The notes beneath the pieces were generated by a model. It did no database searches, was not told the DNA's origin, and saw only the letters and a program-made list of their open reading frames with translations. Below, piece after piece: positions 37,001 through 48,834 of a stretch of DNA of 64,000 nt. The position numbers were made by a program, and so were the translations under genes. Every line of letters starts with the position of its first letter. Position 1 is the first letter of the stretch. Location: positions 1-64,000 of the forward strand of contig NIVC01002913.1 of NCBI GenBank assembly GCA_002269645.1, given 5' to 3'. The DNA is from Macrostomum lignano (Eukaryota).

Positions 37001-40000
37001 ATGAAAATCTTTTCTTGAATGCTGTGAATTTAATTTTCATATTTAAAGCAAAAAACTTATATCCCCGAACTCAGCGCTGCAAGCTCTTTCCAGCAATAAA
37101 AGTCTCGTCTCTCAAAGTTAAAAAATCGAGCAACAGTTAGCGTTTGAAACTTTCTGATTTTAAGCATTGAAATATCGAGTGTACCTTCACTGCCTGCTAA
37201 AGATGCTCGCGAGTTTATGCATTAAAATGCACTGAATTTCACTGTGCAAAAAATACACAGGGCTTCCTGTTAAAAAACAGAACACAAATAGTTGCGCAAT
37301 TGTCTATAAAGTCAGCCAGTGAGCCAGGGTCCGATTGTACACACGCCGCTAATGAGAACGCGCCCATTCCCCCACAGGAGAGAAAATGCACTGGCGACAT
37401 AGGAAAAAGTTGTGGCGTAATCACTCAAAATTTATGCCAATTTTCAGCTCCGAGCAGAAAAAGTGTCCAGAGAAGGTTAGGAAATCAGATTTCTGCTTTT
37501 TTAGGGATCTTAAAATTAAAAATGAAAGATTAAAACAGCCTAAAGCCGATTCCGGAAAATTTGCAGTATTCCCATATAAGTTTCAACGCTGAGTTGCACG
37601 TAGTCTAGGAGGATATCCTACAAACAAACAGACAAACAAACAAACAAACAACGCACCAACTTTAGTATTAACGAGGCCAACTCCTCCTTCGGAGAAGAAA
37701 GGGGAAGAACTCCAATCAGCGGAATTCCATTCCCTGAACTCCATCAGCGGAATCCCATTTTCCAACACCTCTCCGCGCAACAGAAATCGTCTCCGTGAAA
37801 CTGAACACTATCGAAATCCTCTCCGTGAAACTGAACACCATCGAAATATTCTCCGCGAAATAGAAATCCTCTCCGTGAAACTGGACTAAATCGAAATTTC
37901 TACGTCAAACAGCCTAGCTCTCAGAATTCATTGGTTAGGGTTAGGGTTAGGGTTAGAGCTACACACAGCTGCGTGTTGAAAGGCGCCGTAAAAACATTGA
38001 ACCAATTAAATTGCGCAACTTATTTCTCAGGCAGTCAGTATCAGCCTCAGTTAAAGTTAACACAAAGATTGCGCAATCTAAATCAACCCTCCAATACACA
38101 GCAACCGACCCCCTTCCAATACGCAGTGCAGCTAGAAATTGAACCCCCCCCCAACTATTGGGGGTCGGTCGAACCCCCATTGAACTCCAAAATGAGAACA
38201 ATCTTTGCAGAAAGCTAAAAGTATGAAAATCTTTTCTTGAATGCTGTGAATTTAATTTTCATATTTAAAGCAAAAAACTTATATCCCCGAACTCAGCGCT
38301 GCAAGCTCTTTCCAGCAATAAAAGTCTCGTCTCTCAAAGTTAAAAATCGAGCAACAGTTAGCGTTTGAAACTTTCTGATTTTAAGCATTGAAATATCGAG
38401 TGTACCTTCACTGCCTGCTAAAGATGCTCGCGAGTTTATGCATTAAAATGCACTGAATTTCACTGTGCAAAAAATACACAGGGCTTCCTGTTAAAAAACA
38501 GAACACAAATAGTTGCGCAATTGTCTATAAAGTCAGCCAGTGAGCCAGGGTCCGATTGTACACACGCCGCCAATGAGAACGCGCCCATTCCCCCACAGGA
38601 GAGAAAATGCACTGGCGACATAGGAAAAAGTTGTGGCGTAATCACTCAAAATTTATGCCAATTTTCAGCTCCGAGCAGAAAAAGTGTCCAGAGAAGGTTA
38701 GGAAATCAGATTTCTGCTTTTTTAGGGATCTTAAAATTAAAAAATGAAAGATTAAAACAGCCTAAAGCCGATTCCGGAAAATTTGCAGTATTCCCATATA
38801 AGTTTCAACGCTGAGTTGCACGTAGTCTAGGAGGAGATATCCTACAAACAAACAGACAAACAAACAAACAAACAACGCACCAACTTTAGTATTAAGACGA
38901 GGCCAACTCCTCCTTCGGAGAAGAAAGGGGAAGAACTCCAATCAGCGGAATTCCATTCCCTGAACTCCATCAGCGGAATCCCATTTTCCAACACCTCTCC
39001 GCGCAACAGAAATCGTCTCCGTGAAACTGAACACTATCGAAATCCTCTCCGTGAAACTGAACACCATCGAAATATTCTCCGCGAAATAGAAATCCTCTCC
39101 GTGAAACTGGACTAAATCGAAATTTCTACGTCAAATAGCCCAGCTCTCAGAATTCATTGGTTAGGGTTAGGGTTAGGGTTGACAGCTGCGTGTTGAAAGG
39201 CGCCGTAAAAACATTGAACCAATTAAATTGCGCAACTTATTTCTCAGGCAGTCAGTATCAGCCTCAGTTAAAGTTAACAAAAAGATTGCGCAATCTAAAT
39301 CAACCCTCAAATACACAGCAACCGACCCCCTTCCAATACGCAGTGCAGCTAGAAATTGAACTCCCCCCACCAACTATTGGGGGGTCGGTCGAACCCCCAT
39401 TGAACTCCAAAATGAGCACAATCTTTGCAGAAAGCTAAAAGTATGAAAATCTTTTCTTGAATGCTGTGAATTTAATTTTCATATTTAAAGCAAAAAACTT
39501 ATATCCCCGAACTCATTGCAGCAAGATCTTTCCAGCAATATAAGTCTCTCCTCTCTAAGTTCAAAACTCGAGCAACAGTTAGTGTTTGAAACTTTCTGAT
39601 TTTAAGCATTGAAAAATCGAGTGTACGTTCACTGCCTGCTAAAGATGCTCGCAAGTTTATGCATTAAAATGCACTGAATTTCACTGTGCAAAAAATACAC
39701 AGGGCTTCCTGTTAAAAAACAGAACACAAATAGTTGCGCAATTGTCTATAAAGTCAGTCAGTGAGCCAGGGTTCAAGTGTACACACGCAGCCACTGAGAA
39801 CGCGACCATCCCCCACTTGAGAGAAAATACACTGCCAAGATAGAAAAATTTTATGGCGCAATCACTAAAATTGATGCAAATTTTCAGCTCCAAGCAGAAA
39901 GAGGGGACAATTAAGATTATCAAAGGTCAAGACCGCCATTTTCTGCTTTTTTAGGGATCTTAAAAATTGAAAATGAAAGATTAAAATAGCCTAAAGCCAT

Positions 40001-41350
40001 CCTCGGAAAATTTGCAGTTTTCCCATATAAGTTTCAACGCTGACTTGCAAGTATTCTAGGAGAGTTATCCAACAAACACACACACACACAGACAAACAAC
40101 GCACCAACTTTAGTATTAACGAGGCCAACTCCTCCTTCGGAGAAGAAAGGGGAAGAACTCCAATCAGCGGAATTCCATTCCCTGAACTCCATCAGCGGAA
40201 TCCCATTTTCCAACACCTCTCCGCGCAACAGAAATCGTCTCCGTGAAACTGAACACTATCGAAATCCTCTCCGTGAAACTGAACACCATCGAAATATTCT
40301 CCGCGAAATAGAAATCCTCTCCGTGAAACTGGACTAAATCGAAATTTCTACGTCAAACAGCCTAGCTCTCAGAATTCATTGGTTAGGGTTAGGGTTAGGG
40401 TTAGAGCTACACACAGCTGCGTGTTGAAAGGCGCCGTAAAAACATTGAACCAATTAAATTGCGCAACTTATTTCTCAGGCAGTCAGTATCAGCCTCAGTT
40501 AAAGTTAACACAAAGATTGCGCAATCTAAATCAACCCTCCAATACACAGCAACCGACCCCCCTTCCAATACGCAGTGCAGCTAGAAATTGAACCCCCCCC
40601 CCACCAACTATTGGGGGGTCGGTCGAACCCCCATTGAACTCCAAAATGAGAACAATCTTTGCAGAAAGCTAAAAGTATGAAAATCTTTTCTTGAATGCTG
40701 TGAATTTAATTTTCATATTTAAAGCAAAAAACTTATATCCCCGAACTCAGCGCTGCAAGCTCTTTCCAGCAATAAAAGTCTCGTCTCTCAAAGTTAAAAA
40801 ATCGAGCAACAGTTAGCGTTTGAAACTTTCTGATTTTAAGCATTGAAATATCGAGTGTACCTTCACTGCCTGCTAAAGATGCTCGCGAGTTTATGCATTA
40901 AAATGCACTGAATTTCACTGTGCAAAAAATACACAGGGCTTCCTGTTAAAAAACAGAACACAAATAGTTGCGCAATTGTCTATAAAGTCAGCCAGTGAGC
41001 CAGGGTCCGATTGTACACACGCCGCCAATGAGAACGCGCCCATTCCCCCACAGGAGAGAAAATGCACTGGCGACATAGGAAAAAGTTGTGGCGTAATCAC
41101 TCAAAATTTATGCCAATTTTCAGCTCCGAGCAGAAAAAGTGTCCAGAGAAGGTTAGGAAATCAGATTTCTGCTTTTTTAGGGATCTTAAAATTAAAAAAT
41201 GAAAGATTAAAACAGCCTAAAGCCGATTCCGGAAAATTTGCAGTATTCCCATATAAGTTTCAACGCTGAGTTGCACGTAGTCTAGGAGGAGATATCCTAC
41301 AAACAAACAGACAAACAAACAAACAAACAACGCACCAACTTTAGTATTAA
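28098..41350 (+). mobile_element. Head-to-tail array of a non-autonomous Helentron/HINE-like element (~1.23-kb units with short (TTAGGG)n tracts)
   Basis: Units start near 28098 (long, diverged), 30395, 31635, 32861 (long), 34853, 36446, 37671, 38897 and 40119. Each has a 5' subTIR AACTCCTCCT plus a CTCC-TTC-GGAG hairpin, internal ~35-bp subrepeats and 3-4 TTAGGG. Most have a 3' subTIR AGGAGGAGTT/AGGAGGAGAT, followed by a (CA)/(CAAA) microsatellite and an AT-rich end. There is no coding capacity. Confidence 0.75.
28300..29505. repeat. CT-rich low-complexity blocks within the long array unit
   Basis: Polypyrimidine tracts at 28300-28860 and 29140-29505; a similar block lies at 33015-33685. 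Confidence 0.85.
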
Positions 41351-42309
41351 GAGAGAGAAGAGAGAGAGACGATATGAGTATATTGGTACCAAACAGGCTT
41401 AAATTTACCGTTTTTGTTTACGCATCCTCACGTGACCCATCGATACTGCGGCTTTATAAGTACGTATGCATCAATTCTTGTCTCTAGTCAGTCTGTGTTT
41501 TCAATCGAGGCACTATAGAGATGGCAGCTGTCTGCATTGATTATTCATTTTCACCAACTTATTTCCCGTGTTAGTTCTTTATTATCAGGTGCTTGAAGTG
41601 AAGCCTAACTGTCATGAAACAATTCGCAGCGATTGAATGATTTATTAAAAATGATTGAAATTTTTTTCTAAGTCAAAGTCGACTGCAAATTTTCAATGTC
41701 AGCGGTCAATCAAGCTGTCAAAATTGTCACGTATTCCAGAGTTGACTGGTGAAGAAAGGATTAAGTATATGCCATAAAAGCTCATACGAGGATGCTTAAA
41801 AATTTCAGGCATATCGCGTTTGAGATTTGGTGGAATCAGTTCAATATGGTGGTCCAGGCTTCGGTTTTATGACTCTGAGCAATGCATAGTTGATTATAAA
41901 TTCGAATTGGCTGAACTCTGTCAGAATGAGATTAGAAATCAAATCGGTCAATTGCGCCATGCGCTAATGCACTTAGGCCCCGAAAACCCCTGGGTTAGGG
42001 CCACAGACACCAGCTACTGCTGCTACTAATGCTTGAGAGCTTATTTCTAATTGTTTTCAGGCTATTAACAGTTGTTGCTTTTGGCTTTAAGCTAATAAAA
42101 TTGATGCTGGGAATTTGTTAAGGCTTGTGGGGGAATTGCTGAGATGTCAAGGCTTACAAGGGATTGCTGAGGTTATTGCAAAGAGACACTACATGTAGTT
42201 TATTACGAAACTTGTATTGCATTTTTTGGCTCCCCAACGGGGGGCGCTGATGGCTACTAGTGAACTCTGACCAGATAGAGTTAGTAATAATAATAATAAT
42301 AATAATTGA

Positions 42310-43100
42310 TTACACCTGCCCTAATAGGCAGACGTGCAACCGACAGCTCAGCCGCAGCTATTGCGCGGCGCATCTGAAGGCTGCGTACGGCTGTTCAGTC
42401 CAAGGACTGCAGGGGGTCGCCACACACGCCCTCAATTATCCCAGCTAATGCTGGCACCCATTTTACAGCTGGGGGAACTGAAGCAATGCAGAGTTCAGCA
42501 GTGGTGTGATTCAGGCGCAAATTCGCGCCAGGCGCGAAAATGGCGCGAATGCGCGAATCCTGGGGGTCTGGCGCGAAATTTTGTGGAACCATGGGCGCGA
42601 AAATTGCATTCTTATTTTCTGCTTTTTACACTTATTCTCTTGTCAGACAGTATGAAATACAAGAATGTCATAGCTTAGGATATTAATCTAACAAACTGAG
42701 TTCAATCTCAGGCGTCAGCAGCAGAATGTGCAGAAGAAGAAACAGAAGGAGGCAGAGAAGCTAGCTGAGCTCGTCTTAAAGCGCAAGGCTGCTGAGCTGC
42801 TGTCAACGTCGTCAATCACCAGCACGAGCAGTCGTCTGCCTGCAGACATCGCCAACAAGAAGTTCAGGGGGACACGGCTGTGACTTAAGAGACATGCTAA
42901 TTGGTAGCCAGACGCATCTTCAAAAGTGTCATCAATTGACTTATTTGGCTGTCAGTAGAATATTATTGGCATGGCGCGAAAATTTTCAGTCGGCGCGAAA
43001 TTTGGCAAACTTTCCAATCACACCACTGGAGTTCAGTGTCTTGCTCAAGGACATAAATTGTTCCGAATAGGTCGAGAATCGAACCCCGACCTTTTCCTGT
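42310..43100 (-). mobile_element. 5'-truncated tRNA-derived SINE split by a hAT-like MITE
   Basis: 42310-42498 plus 43029-43100 are the reverse complement of the SINE at 62330-62625. The B box GGTTCGATTC is retained and an (ATT)n tail lies at 42284-42306. Confidence 0.85.
42499..43028. mobile_element. hAT-like MITE, 530 bp
   Basis: Perfect 13-bp TIR CAGTGGTGTGATT. 8-bp TSD GAGTTCAG at 42491-42498 and 43029-43036. Subterminal GGCGCGAA motifs at both ends. Confidence 0.9.
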
Positions 43101-43523
43101 AGCGTATACATTGTTGAGTCTGAGGGGTGGACCCATGAATATGGAGCACTTATTGAGACTCCATATCTACCTCCATGTACGAGTTCAAACTTTATGAAGA
43201 AAATGTCAGAGTTGAGCTAGAGAAAATCCCATTGGAGGAGCGACTCGGAGACCAGTCCTCTCCCAAATGCTTCCCCTCTCTCCTCGACAGTCCTGCTAAA
43301 TTTGCATTGCCCACCTCTGCGCATAGTCTCTCTCGCGCGAACCCTCGGCCAACCGACTGACTGCCTCTTCTCTCTGTCTATCCCTATTTATCATTTCAAT
43401 CTTTTGTGAAAGCAACTTGCTGTAAGTTTAAAAATCAGACTGTCGCAGACAGGGACTTGAGTCAGATTACTCCGTTGCTACTACTCGTATTTTCTTAACG
43501 CTTTCAGGTAGGCGCCTAAGAAG

Positions 43524-43593
43524 ATGCATCTTCTACAGTTGGCTGCGCTAGTCGGGTCGCTAATCTCCGCGTCTGTCATCGTTGCTAGCGAAG
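43524..43593 (+). CDS. Neuropeptide precursor exon 1 (signal peptide MHLLQLAALVGSLISASVIVASE)
   Basis: Hydrophobic N-terminus. Phase-1 donor G|GTCTG at 43593/43594 matches the downstream acceptor. An upstream acceptor TTTCAG lies at 43507. Confidence 0.85.
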
Positions 43594-43733
43594 GTCTGTT
43601 GTTGACAAGGCCTACTGTCTACCAATTATATATACTTTTTCGTATCTAAAGTAATCACCATTTAATAATTAAACTTGAGGTTCGAAATTTATGCAAACAC
43701 AGCATAGTAAAGTACTTTTTATCCTTTCTGTAG

Positions 43734-44053
43734 CTTCATCAACATCTCGACGGGATATCTACAACAATGATGACTTGGCCCGTTCGTTAGCAGCCTATCC
43801 ATCATATTCGAAGCGCCAGCAGCGCTGGTCGAGCTCGTTCGGAAAGCGCCAGCCCCAGGTGTGGTCGAGCTCGTTCGGAAAGCGCCAGCAGCGCTGGTCG
43901 AGCTCGTTCGGAAAGCGCCAGCCCCAGGTGTGGTCGAGCTCCTTCGGTAAGCGACAGCGCCAGATGTGGTCGAGCTCCTTCGGCAAGCGACGTCAGCGAT
44001 GGTCGAGCTCATTTGGAAAGCGCGACTCTGGATTCGAAGATAACGACGAGTAA
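43734..44053 (+). CDS. Neuropeptide precursor exon 2: six xWSSSF-amide peptides
   Basis: Acceptor TTTCTGTAG at 43733. KR-flanked QQRWSSSFG x2, QPQVWSSSFG x2, QRQMWSSSFG and RQRWSSSFG. Gly-Lys-Arg is the amidation/cleavage signal and N-terminal Gln can form pyroglutamate. AATAAA at ~44186. Confidence 0.92.
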
Positions 44054-44403
44054 AGTTGTTTTAAAAAATGGCGTCTAAACTCCCGTCGATGAGAATCAGT
44101 TACAGACCATTTTGGCATCAAATATCGAATTGATATGCGCTCCTCTCTTCCCAGCTCTGTCGGATTCGGTCCAACTGAACTTTGAATAAAAATAGACGCC
44201 TATAAGTTAAAGAACTCTAGCGATGCAGATCACGAGATTTGATTTTGAGTTCATTAAACTATTGCGCCTTGCGTTTGAGTCTGGTTATTTTTTATATGAT
44301 TTCGAAGAAACACTTCTTAGAAACTATAGTACGGCATGGCACTGAGCTGCTGGGAAAGATTTTTAAAATTTAACAAAATTCCTGACGTTTTAAATTTATT
44401 GCA

Positions 44404-47400
44404 CAAGTAGTATGAAGACGCACACGTCTTTTTGCCACCAGTGAACGGGCTTCTTTTTAGACGTGGGTCTTCATACTACTTGATAAACCTAGTTTTGTAC
44501 CGATGAAAAAGAACTTTGAGAAGCTCAATAAAAATCTAAATCTCTACTTCTCCCATTTTCTCTCTTTGTCTGTTCTGTTTCTCTCCACTCTAATCTCTCT
44601 CTAGTTCCACCAGTGAACGAGCCGAGCCCGGCGCCGCCGAAGGCGGCGTCGGGCGAGAGCGAGAGAACCCGAGGCCCCGCCAGGGGCCGAGCGCGAGTGA
44701 ATAATTTCTACCCATGGCGGCCGAAGGCCGACATGGGCTAGAAAGTATTTACGAGTAAATAAGTTAGACTCTAATGCATTTTGAAATTTCACGTTTTTCC
44801 GCCAAAAAATGCTCCTGTTTTGCAACCACTGCACCGATTGAGTTGAGTGAGGTGTCGATCGATAGAAAACTTTTAGATCTATCGAATGAAGGTACTTTAA
44901 AATGCAGAGATTTTTTAAATGAGCCGTAAATTAACTGGAAAGACGATTTTTTCAAAAGTGCTTCTAGGAGATCTCAAAATTCTGGTACACCTTACGAGAT
45001 ACAGCTTCGACATCTGAGAATCAAAGTTGTAAAACTAAATTTCCTACAAAATGGTATATGGCGCTTTGATTTATTTTGGTATCTTTATGTAGTTTTGGTG
45101 GGTTTTTTGGGTAAAAAAATGACCCTCATTTTATTATTTCCCCACTTTTTCCTACGAACCTTTTTAAGTTTCGGCTTCAAAGCAGTGCATTTGGATGCGC
45201 AATGCAAATATCTACAAGTGTCTAAAGCTTTGTTTTCCTACGCTTCTGCAGTGCTGAGAAAATTGACAAAAATCGATTTTTCAAAAAATCACATGTCTTT
45301 CGCATTATTGCTCATTATAATTTAGAGAACATGGTGCGAATAAGCCAATATCGAATTTCTATAGCATAGTTGCTGTACTATATTGGTGTAAATTGCTGCC
45401 GTCTGCTTTCGCTGCTTTCGGATTGAAAAATCGATCAGAAATCGATAATTTGTGATTTTTGGCTGATGGAGTGCCAGAAAATGGGTGATTAAAATTTTAA
45501 AAGAATGCTAGATCAAATGTGGATACTGCAACGAGTTGTACTAATGTCTGGCTAAAATTGACCAAGTTTTTGAGTGTCTGCAACAAGTGCTCATGTGTCA
45601 AAAGTGATTGGAAATCGATCAGAGTAGTGATTTTTTAATATTTTGCTTGAAATCAGGCAAAAAAACGCAATAAGACGGCATTATTTTTATGACGGCTGAT
45701 TTCCCAAAAAACGAGGTATATTTGTGTGCAATTTCTAGTGATTCGGTTTATTTAGTAAAAAATTATCGATAAAAAACTGAAAACTTGACTTTTTACTTTC
45801 ATGTTAGTTCCGGGGCTATTTAAACTGGAAATGGTAGGAATTTCGCACTGAAACCAATGCACAGTGTTCCATATAGTTAATTTAACAAATTTCTTGAATT
45901 TCATAACCATTCGATGTTTTTTTTCATGTAAAAAATGCCTTTTTTGCATCGAAATTCATCACATTAAGCTGCATACCGCTTTGCATAATCTGCATTTGCA
46001 TGTGATTGCTTGCATGGCTTTGGCATTGGGCTGAGTTAAGCTGGTTAGAAAGGAAGGAAAGGAAAGGAAAGGAAGGAATAATCGTACATACAATGTACAC
46101 ACCCGTCCCTTCCAAGTGGGGTTGTGGCAACGCGAGAGGGCTTGGCGGCTTGGTTTGGAGGGCGTGTAATAGAGCTTCATTTGACTCGCACACAGACCAA
46201 GGGAAATTAGATCGATAAACGGGCGTCACGTGATTAGAATTTCGTATTAAATTTAGCTCTTTAACTGCACATTTGAATTGCAAGCCCAGTACAAAGTTTG
46301 TCGGGCGCAAGATCCAAGTCACTACGTGTACAATCCTCCCCCCGGCTAAAAAGTCAGGCGATACGGCTTCTGAAGTAGGAATGTACAGTGTTTTGGAAAG
46401 ACTTTATTTATAGCTTTCTTTGCAAAATATAACCCTGCTACGCTCTGGAGTCATTAGAAATTTTTTTATATCGAGGCCTTCTAAAGCCTATTATAGAAGA
46501 CTCGATTCCAGCTCATGGCTGCGGGTCAGATGAGAGAGAAAGAGAATAGAGAAGAGATAAGACTAAAGAGAAGATAAGAGATAAAACGAGAGCTAGAAGC
46601 GAGAGGAGAGGAGAGGGGAGACTAGAGAGAGATTAGAGTGGAGAGAAACAGAACAGACAAAGAGAGAAAATGGGAGAAGTAGAGATTTACATTTTTATTG
46701 AGCTTCTCAAAGTTCTTTTTCATCGGTACAAAACTAGGTTTATCAAGTAGTATGAAGACCCACGTCTAAAAAGAAGCCCGTTCACTGGTGGCAAAAAGAC
46801 GTGTGCGTCTTCATACTACTTGTCTCCCCTCTCCTCTCCTCTCGCTTCTAGCTCTCGTTTTATCTCTTATCTTCTCTTTAGTCTTATCTCTTCTCTATTC
46901 TCTTTCTCTCTCATCTGACCCGCAGCCATGAGCTGGAATCGAGTCTTCTATAATAGGCTTTAGAAGGCCTCGATATAAAAAAATTTCTAATGACTCCAGA
47001 GCGTAGCAGGGTTATATTTTGCAAAGAAAGCTATAAATAAAGTCTTTCCAAAACACTGTACATTCCTACTTCAGAAGCCGTATCGCCTGACTTTTTAGTC
47101 GGGGGAGGATTGTACACGTAGTGACTTGGATCTTGCGCCCGACAAACTTTGTACTGGGCTTGCAATTCAAATGTGCAGTTAAAGAGCTAAATTTAATACG
47201 AAATTCTAATCACGTGACGCCCGTTTATCGATCTAATTTCCCTTGGTCTGTGTGCGAGTAAAATGAAGCTCTATTACACGCCCTCCAAACCAAGCCGCCA
47301 AGCCCTCTCGCGTTGCCACAACCCCACTTGGAAGGGACGGGTGTGTACATTGTATGTACGATTATTCCTTCCTTTCCTTTCCTTTCTAACCAGCTTAACT

Positions 47401-48834
47401 CAGCCCAACGCCAAAGCCATGCAAGCAATCGCATGCAAATGCAAATTATGCAAAGCGGTATGCGGCTTATTCTGATGAATTTTGGTGCAAAAAAGGCATA
47501 ATTTTTGCCTGAAAAGAACATCGAATGGTTATGAAACTCAAGAAATCTGTTAAATTAGCTGTATGGAATACTGTGCATTGGTTTCAGTGCAAAATTCTTA
47601 CCATTTCCAGTTTAAATAGCCCCGAAACTAACATAAAAGTAAAAAGTCAAGTTTTCAGTTTTTTATCGATAATTTTTTACCCAATGAACCGAATCTCTAG
47701 AAATTGCACACAAATATGCCTCATTATGTGGGAAATCAGATTTCATAAAAATCTTGTCGTCCTATTGCGTTATTTTGCCTGATTTCAAGCAAAATATTAA
47801 AAAATCACTACTCTGATCGATTTCCAATCACTTTTTTTGACACATGAGCACTTGTTGCAGACACTCAAAAACTTGGTAAATTTTAGCCAGACATTAGTAC
47901 AACTAATTGCAGTGTCCGCATTTGATTTACCATTCTTTTAAAAATTTAATCACCCTTTTTTCTGGCACCCAATCAGCCAAAAATCACAAATTATCGATTT
48001 CTGATCGATTTTTCAACCCGAAAGCAGCGAAATCAGACGGCGGCAATTTAAACCAATATAGTACAGCAACTATGCTATAGAAATTCGAAGTCGGATTATT
48101 CGCACCATGTTCTCAAAATTATAATGAGCAATAATGCGAAAGTCATGTAATTTTTTGAAAAATCGATTTTTGTCAATTTTCTCAGCACTGCAGAAGCGTA
48201 GGAAAACAAAGCTTTAGACACTTGTAGATATTTGCATTGCGCATCCAACTGCACTGCTTTGAAGCCGAAACTCAAAAAGCTTCGTAGGAAAAAGTGGGGA
48301 AATAATAAAATGAGGGTCATTTTTTTACCCAAAAAACCCACCAAAACTACATAAAGATACCAAAATAAATCAAAGCGCCATATACCATTTTGTAGGAAAT
48401 TTAGTTTTACAACTTTGATTCTCAGATGTCGAAGCTGTATCTCGTAAGGTGTACCAGAATTTTGAGATCTCCTAGAAGCACTTTTGAAAAAATCGTCTTT
48501 CCAGTTAATTTACGGCTCATTTAAAAAATCTCTGCATTTTAAAGTACCTTCATTCGATAGATCTAAAAGTTTTCTATCGATCGACACCTCACTCAACTCA
48601 ATCGGTGCAGTGGTTGCAAAATAGGAGCATTTTTTAGCAAAAAAACGTGAAATTTCAAAATGCATAAGAGTCTAACTTATTTACTCGTAAATACTTTCTA
48701 GCCCATGTCGGCCTTCGGCCGCCATGGGTAGAAATTATTCACTCGCCCTCGGCCCCTGGCGGGGCCTCGGGTTCTCTCGCTCTCGCCCGACGCCGCCTTC
48801 GGCGGCGCCGGGCTCGGCTCGTTCACTGGTGGAA
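44404..48834 (-). mobile_element. Helitron2/Helentron-like non-autonomous element, copy 2 (44404-44604 + 46823-48834), interrupted by copy 1
   Basis: The two parts rejoin to give the CTAG|TCTCCCC junction seen intact in copy 3 (49046/49047). The rejoined length is about 2213 bp. Confidence 0.75.
44605..46822 (+). mobile_element. Helitron2/Helentron-like non-autonomous element, copy 1 (2218 bp), nested in inverted orientation
   Basis: Starts TTCCACCAGTGAACG (subTIR) followed by a CGCCGCC-GAA-GGCGGCG hairpin. Ends in a hairpin with 16-bp arms (CAAGTAGTATGAAGAC...GTCTTCATACTACTTG) whose loop holds the partner subTIR CGTTCACTGGTGG. No TSD. Confidence 0.8.

Noticed and set aside
30654-40405. True telomere or telomere fusion
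   Set aside because: The TTAGGG tracts are only 3-4 units long, share one orientation and are fixed parts of the repeat unit.
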